Shown piece after piece: positions 1 to 7,924 of a stretch of 33,840 nucleotides of DNA; position 1 is the stretch's first letter; every line of letters begins with the position of its first letter. The notes below the pieces were generated by a model. The model saw nothing but the letters and a program-made list of their open reading frames with translations, was not told the DNA's origin and made no database searches. This DNA is from an uncultured Clostridia bacterium (GTDB lineage: Bacteria > Bacillota > Clostridia > Christensenellales > UBA1242). The translations under genes were made by a program, and so were the position numbers. Where the stretch lies: the NCBI GenBank assembly GCA_944384495.1, contig CALWTP010000074.1, positions 1-33,840 of the forward strand, in the 5' to 3' direction.

Positions 1-159
1 AGGAGCAAATCCCTCTCTGTATTGGTAAGTCCTTACATATCTTCCCTTTTGAAGTTTTCCATCAGTATCAAGAAAGGTATATTCACCATTATCAAGCTGA
101 ACTTTAGCAAGACCACATTCATTAAAATCCCAAACTTGCCTAATTCCTTTTGGATACAT
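1..159 (-). CDS. WG/KWG-repeat-like protein, N-terminal part (gene runs off the left edge)
   Basis: Absent from the ORF track because it is open at the window edge. The reverse strand reads GGGAGG-N7-ATG (ATG = complement of 157-159), then MYPKGIRQVWDFNECGLAKVQLDNGEYTFLDTDGKLQKGRYVRTYQYREGFAP. The spaced F.ECGLAKV and Y.EGFAP pattern resembles WG-type repeats. Confidence 0.5.
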   Translation of the reverse strand, partial: MYPKGIRQVWDFNECGLAKVQLDNGEYTFLDTDGKLQKGRYVRTYQYREGFAP

Positions 160-190
160 AAATTTTCCTCCCTTTTTATCCTATATCTCT

Positions 191-216
191 ATTATAGTCG
201 GGGGGGGAATTGTCAA
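191..216 (-). promoter_or_regulatory. Consensus sigma-A-type promoter of the WG-repeat gene with a C8 tract in a 14-nt spacer
   Basis: Minus strand reads TTGACA (complement of 211-216), then attCCCCCCCCgac (197-210), then TATAAT (complement of 191-196). The SD and ATG lie about 30 nt downstream. Confidence 0.5.
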
Positions 217-291
217 GTCCTTTTTTCAAAAAAAGTTGAAATTTAATTGTTTATCACATAAAAAAGATTCTGGTTGCTGTCTTTTTTAATG

Positions 292-319
292 TTGACTAGA
301 ATTTTGGGGATGATATAAT
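292..319 (+). promoter_or_regulatory. Orphan strong promoter (TTGACT-16-TGaTATAAT)
   Basis: TTGACT at 292-297 and an extended -10 TGATATAAT ending at 319. There is no plus-strand ORF until 701. A hairpin plus T-run follows at 356-388. Confidence 0.45.
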
Positions 320-386
320 TTTGTTTATGTAAAACATTACTTAAAAATGGTATGAGTATTTGCTTTTTTGCAAATATTCTTTTGTT

Positions 387-521
387 TTATATTTCCTTGA
401 CTAAAATCTTAAATTTTTCTCCATCTGAAAAAGTAATATAAAAATTGCTCCCTTCTTGCTTAATCTCTGCTTTCAGGTCTTGGCTTAGAGATATTGACAA
501 CACATCCAATATGTCCTGCAT
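387..521 (-). CDS. Small hypothetical protein (44 aa), divergent from the XRE gene
   Basis: Below the ORF-track cutoff. Reverse strand reads AAGGAAGGA-ttat-ATG, then MQDILDVLSISLSQDLKAEIKQEGSNFYITFSDGEKFKILVKEI and a stop. The peptide is hydrophilic and I found no convincing promoter. Confidence 0.3.
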   Translation of the reverse strand: MQDILDVLSISLSQDLKAEIKQEGSNFYITFSDGEKFKILVKEI

Positions 522-700
522 ATAATCCTTCCTTTTAATCGTCACCTACTAGCGGTAGGCAGTCTACACCAATATTATAAATCAATTTTGATTACAATAA
601 AATAAATGACTACTTTTGTCGAATATTGAGTTAATTTGCAGAAAATCAATTTCAAGATGAAGATAGGGAAAAAATTGTCAAAAAACTATGGGGAGGATTT

Positions 701-1138
701 ATGACATTTGCTGAGGTGTTAAATGAAATTTTAATTGAGAATAATATGACAAAAAGAAGACTTGCAGGAATTTGTCACGTGACCACATCTCAAATGACTT
801 CCTTTTTTAGAGGTGCCATGCCAAGTATAAAGACGGCAACAAGAATTGCAGATGCACTTGACATTTCACTGAATTTTTTGATGGGTTTAGATGAGAACAG
901 GGAAGAGACAAAAGTGCTAAACAAGGGCTACGACTTATCAAATTTTTTAAATAGATACCAAACAGCCCTTGAATTAAACAAGATATCACATTGGAAGGCG
1001 AGCAGGCTATTAAGCATCAGCGAATCAAATATTAGGGGCTGGAGAAAGGGCTCAATTCCAAAAATTGAAACACTTATGAAGCTGGCGGAGTATCTCCATG
1101 TGTCAATTGACTATCTTTTGGGTAGGGCAAGGGATTAA
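701..1138 (+). CDS. XRE-family transcriptional regulator with two tandem HTH domains
   Basis: SD GGGGAGG precedes the ATG. Two Cro/C1-type HTH units are visible: MTKRRLAGICHVTTSQMTSFFRGAMPSIKTATRIADALDISLNFLMG and ISHWKASRLLSISESNIRGWRKGSIPKIETLMKLAEYLHVSIDYLLG. Confidence 0.85.
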   Translation: MTFAEVLNEILIENNMTKRRLAGICHVTTSQMTSFFRGAMPSIKTATRIADALDISLNFLMGLDENREETKVLNKGYDLSNFLNRYQTALELNKISHWKASRLLSISESNIRGWRKGSIPKIETLMKLAEYLHVSIDYLLGRARD

Positions 1139-1265
1139 AAACTGCTCATTGTAATAACTGATCATTAAAACTGTAAAAACACCATAAGCATTCAAATTAT
1201 GAAGATGATTATAATTTAAAAAGCAGTTTAGATTTTCAAAATTAAAGAAAGAGGTTATCAAAAAA

Positions 1266-1290
1266 ATCCCATTACAGAATGGGATCTTTT
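1266..1290. terminator. Bidirectional intrinsic terminator between convergent genes
   Basis: The 8-bp stem ATCCCATT/AATGGGAT has loop ACAG. An A-run lies on the left and a T-run on the right. Confidence 0.6.
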
Positions 1291-1330
1291 GACTTGTAAT
1301 AAGATAGGTGAGAGGGATAAAATAAAATCT

Positions 1331-2110
1331 TTATGAACCACTGCTCTTATATTTTTTTAAGCTAAAGTTGAAAAACAATAGGCAAGGAATGATAAACAAC
1401 ATACCAAATACTGGCGCCAAACCACAAAGCCACATCGGAATATTTCCTATGCCAAGCAAAAAGCTGAGAGGAAGATAGTTAAAACAAGCGACTGGGATGA
1501 CAAAGGTGAAAATTCTTGTCAGCCATTTTGCATAAATATTGATGGGATAATATGCGATTTCTTTGCTACCGTGAGTCAAAATATTTACAAACTCAAGCTG
1601 TTCAATTGTGTAAATACTTATTCCAGCAGAGATAATAAATATACCAATGACAATCATGGTTCCACTTATAATTGTGGAAATAAATACCAAGACTTTCAAG
1701 ACATCCCATTCGATGTTGAGATTGACAAGGGCTATAATTGAAATGGTCAGACCGAGAGCCACACGCGGTAATTTGACAAGGTCAAATTTGGAAGCAAGGA
1801 TTTGATAGTTTATATTTACCGGTCGAATTAAAATTCGATCAAAATCACCAGATCTAATCAGGTCGCTAAACTCGTCATAACCGCAGGCAAAACATTCGCT
1901 AAGTGAGAATACAGCAAAGGTTATTCCCATAAGAAGCAGACATTCATAAAATCCATAGCCACCTATTGAGGTAAAGGTTCCAAATAACATCCAAACACTG
2001 AGCACTTCGCCAACCGATACAAGAACTTGAGTGATTGAGATAAATGTTGTATTAAATCGATATTGCATTGATGAGCGAAGGTGCATTTTTAAATATTTTG
2101 CATATAACAT
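1331..2110 (-). CDS. ABC-2 family transporter permease (COG3694/COG4587-type)
   Basis: Polytopic hydrophobic protein. I place the start at the internal Met (MLYAKYLKMHL...), because GGAGG lies 8 nt upstream and overlaps the stop of the upstream permease. The ORF-track start at 2191 would overlap the neighbouring gene by 79 nt. Confidence 0.8.
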   Translation of the reverse strand: MLYAKYLKMHLRSSMQYRFNTTFISITQVLVSVGEVLSVWMLFGTFTSIGGYGFYECLLLMGITFAVFSLSECFACGYDEFSDLIRSGDFDRILIRPVNINYQILASKFDLVKLPRVALGLTISIIALVNLNIEWDVLKVLVFISTIISGTMIVIGIFIISAGISIYTIEQLEFVNILTHGSKEIAYYPINIYAKWLTRIFTFVIPVACFNYLPLSFLLGIGNIPMWLCGLAPVFGMLFIIPCLLFFNFSLKKYKSSGS

Positions 2111-2112
2111 TT

Positions 2113-2910
2113 TTAACCTCCTTGAATTACTGTTTTTTTCAAAGCAGATCTTATCAAAAGTTTGCCAATAATTATAAGCACGATCAGCCATGCAAAGCCA
2201 ATAGCAAGAAATATTGCACCTTCCGTTATTCCAACATTGCCTATATAGATTCGAAAAGGCAAATCGGTGATAAATCGGAAAGGAAGATAATTTACCACAT
2301 TTTGAATTGCCTGTGGCATAAGTGGAAGGGGAATAACCATACCGCTAAACAGCCCGGTAATGGTGTTGACAATTGAGCTTGAGCCTCTTTTTGACAATGT
2401 TTTAAAAGTAAGATAGACCGCAAACATCGAAATGGTTACACTCATACAAAGTCCAAGGATGAGGCCGATAAGAAAGAGTAAAAAGGCGGGAACACTGACC
2501 GGCAGAGAAAGCCCTAAACCGGCAGGAAGAAGCAGACCTAAAATTATAATGGGCGGAAATCGTAGAAGCACTGACGACAATTTTTCGCCAAATGTTTGGC
2601 AAAACCACTGCGAATAGATGTTCAAAGGGCGGACAAAGTGATAACAAATATTGCCATTTTCAATATTTTTTCCAATTTTTTTGCCCATCATTATAAAACG
2701 AATAGCAAAGAAAGCTTGTCCAAGCCAAATATATGATGCCATTTGTGAAATTGAGAAGCCGTCCACAGAGGTATTTTGCAGGCATGCAATGTAAAGATAA
2801 ATATTCAGAAAACCCCAAAAAACTTGAGTCATAACACCGGAAATGGCCTTGCCTCTATATTGAAGTTCTCCTTTAAAATTCATTTTAAATATGGATAAAT
2901 ATGGTCTCAT
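2113..2910 (-). CDS. ABC-2 family transporter permease (second subunit)
   Basis: Multi-TM protein sitting tightly between the ATPase (stop 2914) and the second permease. This is the typical ATPase plus two DUF990-like permeases arrangement. Confidence 0.8.
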   Translation of the reverse strand: MRPYLSIFKMNFKGELQYRGKAISGVMTQVFWGFLNIYLYIACLQNTSVDGFSISQMASYIWLGQAFFAIRFIMMGKKIGKNIENGNICYHFVRPLNIYSQWFCQTFGEKLSSVLLRFPPIIILGLLLPAGLGLSLPVSVPAFLLFLIGLILGLCMSVTISMFAVYLTFKTLSKRGSSSIVNTITGLFSGMVIPLPLMPQAIQNVVNYLPFRFITDLPFRIYIGNVGITEGAIFLAIGFAWLIVLIIIGKLLIRSALKKTVIQGG

Positions 2911-2913
2911 AGG

Positions 2914-3912
2914 CTACCTCTCAACAAGTCCATATTCTTTATAGAGCTGAGCGAGTATTTCATCAACACTGATCATATCAACTTGGAAGTCAATCACCTC
3001 ATATTTCTTTGATATTTGATTGACAAAATCTTTTATATGAAATTCTTTATCTGGTAAATTTTTTATAGTGGCGAATTTGCGTTCATGCGAAATGGTCTGA
3101 TATCCATCAAGTGAAATCTCGTCATATTCTTGTGCAAATTCAATACTGATTATTTTTGTGGAAGAATATTTGTTTTTAATCTCATCAAAACTACCCTTAT
3201 AAAGAATTTGTCCTTTTCCAATAAGAATAATTTGATTTGTAAGCGCCTCAATATCGCTCATGTCATGTGTGGTAAGTATTATTGTTGTGTGCCACTGCTT
3301 GTTTATAAATTTTATAAAATCACGAACGGCAAGTTTTGTCACAGCGTCGAGTCCAATTGTAGGCTCATCCAAAAATAAAATTTTAGGGCGGTGTAATAGC
3401 GAGCCTGCAAGTTCGCATTTCATCTTTTGACCAAGAGACAATTGTCTAAGTGGTCTGTTTAAAAGTTCTTCAAGTCCAAGAGCCTCATTGAGTAAATTTA
3501 AAGTGTTCTCAAACTCTTGTTGTGGGATTTTATAGATATCACGAAGAAGTTCAAAGCTGTCCATTACTGGAACATCCCACCATAACTGGCTCCGTTGTCC
3601 AAAGACAACACCGATGCTCCTGACGAATTTTTTTCGATCTTGCCAGGGCACGAAGCCATCAATCGTGCAACTCCCTGTTGTCGGATTAAGTATTCCGCTC
3701 ATAATTTTGATCGTAGTGCTTTTTCCAGCACCATTCGGTCCGATATAGCCGACAATATCTCCTTCTTCAACTTGAAATGAGACATGTTTTAGGGCTTTAA
3801 TAGTCTTGTGTTTTCTGAAGAAGAAGTTCTTCAGAGTACTAAACTTGCCCTTGGCTCGAAGCGGAACTTTAAAATTTTTGCAAATGTCTTGAAAGTCAAT
3901 TATACTTGCCAT
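2914..3912 (-). CDS. ABC transporter ATP-binding protein (COG4586-type)
   Basis: Walker A GPNGAGKST, signature LSLGQKMK, Walker B ILFLDEPT and H-loop TTHD are present. The likely start is MASIIDFQD (ATG complement at 3910-3912), downstream of GGAGG. Confidence 0.9.
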   Translation of the reverse strand: MASIIDFQDICKNFKVPLRAKGKFSTLKNFFFRKHKTIKALKHVSFQVEEGDIVGYIGPNGAGKSTTIKIMSGILNPTTGSCTIDGFVPWQDRKKFVRSIGVVFGQRSQLWWDVPVMDSFELLRDIYKIPQQEFENTLNLLNEALGLEELLNRPLRQLSLGQKMKCELAGSLLHRPKILFLDEPTIGLDAVTKLAVRDFIKFINKQWHTTIILTTHDMSDIEALTNQIILIGKGQILYKGSFDEIKNKYSSTKIISIEFAQEYDEISLDGYQTISHERKFATIKNLPDKEFHIKDFVNQISKKYEVIDFQVDMISVDEILAQLYKEYGLVER

Positions 3913-4018
3913 TTTTCCTTTTACCTCCTTTTTCCGAAAAATTAGCATAAGAAATTTTTTGGCCGGTAAATATCTTTAAGACAATTTCTTAATTTCACAA
4001 AAAAATGTGAAACGATTA

Positions 4019-4047
4019 ATTCTATCATAAATTGTCGAAAAAGTCAA
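4019..4047 (-). promoter_or_regulatory. Promoter of the ABC-2 operon, followed by the inverted repeat TTTCACA-N6-TGTGAAA (3993-4012)
   Basis: Minus strand reads TTGACT (complement of 4042-4047), a 17-nt spacer, then TGATAGAAT (-10 = complement of 4019-4024). The perfect 7-bp inverted repeat lies just downstream of the predicted TSS. Confidence 0.5.
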
Positions 4048-4135
4048 GTAAAAATACAAAAAAAATATTATAATTAGAAAATAATATTAAAAAGAGTAAT
4101 TAAATAGAAAATTCTATGTAAAAAATAAATTAAAA

Positions 4136-4178
4136 TCACAAATATATATCAATATATATCATCACAAATATATATCAA
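4136..4178. repeat. 17-bp exact direct repeat TCACAAATATATATCAA x2
   Basis: Copies lie at 4136-4152 and 4162-4178, in the spacer between the ABC operon and the tRNA gene. Confidence 0.7.
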
Positions 4179-4339
4179 ATCGATTACTTTATATGTTTAT
4201 ATTAAGTTATAGCCTTAAGTTTACATTAATTCAAAAAAAATGATAAACATGGATGACTAAATGTAAAAATAAGACAAATCATAAAAATAACAAAGTAAGA
4301 TATTTATTGAATTTGTTGTTAAAGACTTTATTAAATTTG

Positions 4340-4368
4340 TTGCAAGAGTGGGAAAATTGTGATATAAT
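4340..4368 (+). promoter_or_regulatory. Promoter of tRNA-Arg
   Basis: TTGCAA at 4340-4345, a 17-nt spacer, then TGATATAAT with the -10 at 4363-4368. It is preceded by a duplicated TTATTRAATTTGTTG motif. Confidence 0.55.
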
Positions 4369-4400
4369 CAAGTGGATTTGAGAAAAAAAGAAAATTAAAT

Positions 4401-4475
4401 GTTCCCATAGTAAAGTGGATATTACAAGCCCCTCCTAAGGGCTAGTCACAGGTTCGAGTCCTGTTGGGAACACCA
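4401..4475 (+). tRNA. tRNA-Arg (anticodon CCU)
   Basis: A cloverleaf folds by hand. Acceptor GTTCCCA/TGGGAAC, D arm GTAA/TTAC, anticodon arm AGCCC/GGGCT with loop CU-CCU-AA, T arm ACAGG/CCTGT with loop TTCGAGT, discriminator A and an encoded CCA. Confidence 0.9.
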
Positions 4476-4614
4476 TAAAATATTACAGTATTAGTGATTA
4501 TCTTTTCACTCATACTAAAAAATGTTTAAGCAAGACAAATTTTTCTTGTATTTTTTTATTTAACTAGGCGGTGTTTTTTCGTAACTTTTGCCTCTTTTGT
4601 CTTCAAAATTATCG

Positions 4615-4640
4615 AAATATGGATGTATATATCCATATTT
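4615..4640. promoter_or_regulatory. Perfect 10-bp inverted repeat, candidate operator upstream of the XRE gene
   Basis: AAATATGGAT-gtatat-ATCCATATTT lies about 85-110 nt upstream of the ATG at 4725. Confidence 0.4.
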
Positions 4641-4724
4641 TATATACTTTTTAGTACATTTTAACAAGAATTATACTATAGTAAGATATCATTTTTCAGA
4701 TACAATAAGTGAGAGGTATCTAAA

Positions 4725-5030
4725 ATGGATTTACAAGAGATAATAGCGCGAATTAGTTTACTTCGCGTTCGAGAAGGGGTTTCGGCTAGAGAGCTTAGTT
4801 TGAGAATTGGAAAAAATGAGGCATATATTAATAGACTTGAATATCGTAAAAATTTTAACCCATCAATAACCGTTATTGATGATATCGCTAAGGCCTGCCA
4901 TTCTTCAATTGAAGAATTTTTTTATTATGAAATAAATCAGTACAAAATTGACAAAAAGATCATTGATTTATTACGCAAAGCAAAACCAGAAATCAAACAA
5001 GCAATTATAGATATTTTAGAAAACATTTAA
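4725..5030 (+). CDS. XRE-family HTH transcriptional regulator
   Basis: N-terminal Cro/C1-type HTH (VSARELSLRIGKNEAYINRLEYRKNFNPSITVIDDIAKA). An SD GAGAGG lies upstream. Confidence 0.8.
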   Translation: MDLQEIIARISLLRVREGVSARELSLRIGKNEAYINRLEYRKNFNPSITVIDDIAKACHSSIEEFFYYEINQYKIDKKIIDLLRKAKPEIKQAIIDILENI

Positions 5031-5269
5031 CTGTTAATGGAATTATGATTTTGGTAAGACAAACCTATCTTTTTTTGTTGTGATTTTTATTTAGACAAAT
5101 AAATATATAAAAATTAAAAATCAAATTAAAATTGGGATAGATAATCCTATAACTGCGAGTAAGACGTTTATTAAAATATATCCGGATAAAAATCTTGGGC
5201 GGTATATGCCTTTTTAATTTTACAGTTTAAAGATATTTAATTTAATTTTACAAAAGACGAGGAGAAAAA

Positions 5270-6919
5270 ATGAAAAAATATTTATCATGCTTGGTTTTGG
5301 TGGCTATTGTTTTCCTAATGCCGATCGTTTTGGCGGGATGTGGAGAGAGTGGTGTTTTGCAGGCAAAAAATATTACCCGAATTTTTGGTAAAGGCGAAAA
5401 TTTTGAAATAGGTGAGCTTGCCACAGTTAAAATTGTCGATGACGAAAGTGAGGAGTTTTTGGATGAAGGTGACTACAACTTGACCACCAATTATAATCCT
5501 GCCGAAGAGGGCATATACAATGTGACAATTACTGTTGATGATTTGCAATATGCATATGAGGTTGTTGTGATAGATTTTTCCGCTTTATCGGTTCAGTATG
5601 GTGGCAAGCTTGGAGATATAGCCTTGCCAAGTGCATTGAGTTTGGAGTGGAAATATGTAAATGAAGTGGTTGGACCTGTCGGGACAAATATGAAAACAGC
5701 ATATTTTACTGACAGCAATGGGCAAACAATAGATGTAACACTGCCAGTTTGTGTGCTTGAAAATCAAAACTATTGGATCACGCAGGTCACAATTGAGGAT
5801 TGGATTTATGGACAGACGCCTTCTACTCCTTATGCAAGTGCATTGATCGGGGATGTGGAGTATAGTTATTACACAAACCAAAATGGCGAGAGGGGCGAGA
5901 GGCTTGCAAATATACCAACTGAAGCGGGTGACTATTTTGTTGAAGCGAGTGTGACTGGTGTGGAAGGATATGGCAATATTTTTTCACAGAAAAGTTTTAA
6001 AATTGAAAAAGCAACGATTTCTGTTCAAATAGATACTCAAAATATAATCGAAAAAGACTATGATGGAACGAGCATATTTAATGACAACAATTTTTCTATA
6101 AATGATTATGTGACTTTGAGCTGTCAAACTGCAGATATTGAAGGATTTGATTTTCAACTCTCTCACGACTTGTATTTTGTTGCCGATCAAACGACTGGAC
6201 AGGAGCAGATTAATGCGGGAAACTGTTTTTTAAAGGCAACTTTAAATATGCCAGCTTCGCAGTTTGAAAACTTTCAATTTGAAAATGGGCAAGCAAGTCA
6301 AAATATCTTTATCCCTGCAAGGATAAATAAGCAAACTCCACAAATTGATCAGATGCCTATTGCAAGTGCAATTATAAGTGGACAAACCCTGTCAGAAAGC
6401 GATATAACAGGCGGAGTTGTGACTGCAAATTTGATTGTTGACGGCGTGTCTCAAAGCAAAAGTATTCTTGGCAGTTGGCAATGGCAAAATCCAGAGCAGG
6501 TTGCTATAGAAAGTGGAAATTATCAGGCAATATTTATTCCAACCGATAAGAATTTTTCATCTGTCACACAAACTCTTTCAGTCACTGCTGGATTTGACGA
6601 TGGAGTTAGTGCATATATAACCGATGACTTTGGTGAAACTATTGCATCTTTCGTTCGAGATGGCAACAATTTTACCCTGCAATCACCTCAAAACATAGAC
6701 AGCTTTAATATTGTCATCGATTTTGCCTCAGGCTTAGATGCTGTGTATACATTTTATTATGATGAGGAGTTGTATGAAATTGATTTTCCTTATTTCAGTG
6801 GCGACATATTGTCATCGGTGACAAGCTTTGAACAACAAGTTTACAGCAAGATTCGGATAGAACTAACTTTAACAGACTATGTCGATAGTCGTACATTAAT
6901 TTTCGAAATTTTGATTTAA
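5270..6919 (+). CDS. Surface lipoprotein with Ig-like / YDG-type (MBG-like) repeats
   Basis: Signal peptide with lipobox LAGC (MKKYLSCLVLVAIVFLMPIVLAGCG). The KATISVQ...EKDYDGTS motif is typical of MBG/YDG adhesin-type domains. SD GAGGAG. Confidence 0.75.
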   Translation: MKKYLSCLVLVAIVFLMPIVLAGCGESGVLQAKNITRIFGKGENFEIGELATVKIVDDESEEFLDEGDYNLTTNYNPAEEGIYNVTITVDDLQYAYEVVVIDFSALSVQYGGKLGDIALPSALSLEWKYVNEVVGPVGTNMKTAYFTDSNGQTIDVTLPVCVLENQNYWITQVTIEDWIYGQTPSTPYASALIGDVEYSYYTNQNGERGERLANIPTEAGDYFVEASVTGVEGYGNIFSQKSFKIEKATISVQIDTQNIIEKDYDGTSIFNDNNFSINDYVTLSCQTADIEGFDFQLSHDLYFVADQTTGQEQINAGNCFLKATLNMPASQFENFQFENGQASQNIFIPARINKQTPQIDQMPIASAIISGQTLSESDITGGVVTANLIVDGVSQSKSILGSWQWQNPEQVAIESGNYQAIFIPTDKNFSSVTQTLSVTAGFDDGVSAYITDDFGETIASFVRDGNNFTLQSPQNIDSFNIVIDFASGLDAVYTFYYDEELYEIDFPYFSGDILSSVTSFEQQVYSKIRIELTLTDYVDSRTLIFEILI

Positions 6920-7017
6920 AGTTTTAATTATCTTGAAAATATGTTATAATAAAAATGGTTAAGCGGATTGTAAATCAAATTTGCGTACACCATTTTTAAT
7001 TTTTTTAGGAGAAGAAT

Positions 7018-7905
7018 ATGGGAAAATCAAAAGTTTATTTTACCAAAGAAATATCATCGGACTCGCTCATTAAAATCTTTGAAGTACTGAATAGACAGCT
7101 TAAAGGAAAGGTTGCTGTCAAAATATCAACTGGTGAGCCGGGTGGACATAATTTTTTAAATCCTCAGCTGATAAAGCCTTTGATCGATAAGCTTAACGGA
7201 ACCATTGTTGAATGCAATACCGCATATGAAGGCAGGCGAAGCAATTCAAAAGCGCACTGGCAGGCAATAAAAGAGCATGGCTTTTTGGATATTGCTCCTT
7301 GTGATATTATGGATGAAGAGGGAGAGATCAAAATCCCAGTAAAAAATTCAACACATCTCAAGGGATACAATATTGTTGGTAGTCATATAAAAAATTATGA
7401 TTCAATGCTCATATTATCTCATTTTAAAGGCCATGCAATGGGTGGCTTTGGCGGGGCATTAAAAAATATAAGTATCGGCATTGCCTCAAGAAATGGCAAG
7501 GCATGGATTCACACAGCAGGTATTACTGAGGATCCAATCAAGCTTTGGAATCATATAGATGATCAGGACGGATTTTTGGAGAGTATGGCTGAGGCCTGTG
7601 AGGGAGTGATAGATTATTTTGGCATTGAAAATATGGCATTTATCAATGTTGCAAACAATCTATCTATTGACTGCGACTGCGATTCAAATCCAAGCAAGCC
7701 AGAGATGGCGGACATTGGAATTTTTGCCTCCCTAGATCCAGTTGCTCTTGACAAATGCTGTTATGATCAAATCATGAATTCAAATGATAAAGGCAAGGCA
7801 TCGCTGGTAAATAGAATGCAGGATCGTCATGCAATTGTTACAGTTGTGACGGCAGAAAAATTGGCACTTGGCAGTATAAACTATGAACTTATTTGTATAG
7901 ATTAA
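7018..7905 (+). CDS. DUF362 domain protein (COG2768-type uncharacterized Fe-S centre protein)
   Basis: The N-terminus KVYFTKEISSDSLIKIF...VAVKISTGEPGGHNFLNP and the later SIDCDCD motif match my memory of the DUF362 family. Confidence 0.7.
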   Translation: MGKSKVYFTKEISSDSLIKIFEVLNRQLKGKVAVKISTGEPGGHNFLNPQLIKPLIDKLNGTIVECNTAYEGRRSNSKAHWQAIKEHGFLDIAPCDIMDEEGEIKIPVKNSTHLKGYNIVGSHIKNYDSMLILSHFKGHAMGGFGGALKNISIGIASRNGKAWIHTAGITEDPIKLWNHIDDQDGFLESMAEACEGVIDYFGIENMAFINVANNLSIDCDCDSNPSKPEMADIGIFASLDPVALDKCCYDQIMNSNDKGKASLVNRMQDRHAIVTVVTAEKLALGSINYELICID

Positions 7906-7924
7906 TTGATTTAATGGAGGTATT

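Noticed and set aside
22-246. 74-aa plus-strand ORF at the left edge
   Set aside because: It lies antisense to the better-supported WG-repeat gene (SD plus ATG on the minus strand) and runs through that gene's promoter. It has no SD and a low-complexity product.
2068-2647. Several 60-100-aa ORFs on both strands inside the ABC permease genes (2068-2376 +, 2402-2647 -, 2432-2617 +)
   Set aside because: They are nested in or antisense to the long membrane-protein frames, which have coupled start/stop junctions.
4476-7000. Genomic island or prophage integrated at tRNA-Arg
   Set aside because: I could find no integrase, recombinase or phage genes and no copy of the tRNA 3' end downstream. It is kept only as a low-interest remnant hypothesis.
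6975-7017. Riboswitch or attenuator in the DUF362 5' UTR (AAAATGGT...ACCATTTT hairpin plus T-run)
   Set aside because: It is a single 8-bp AT-rich stem with a large unstructured loop and no recognisable riboswitch core. It may be a weak attenuator but the support is insufficient.
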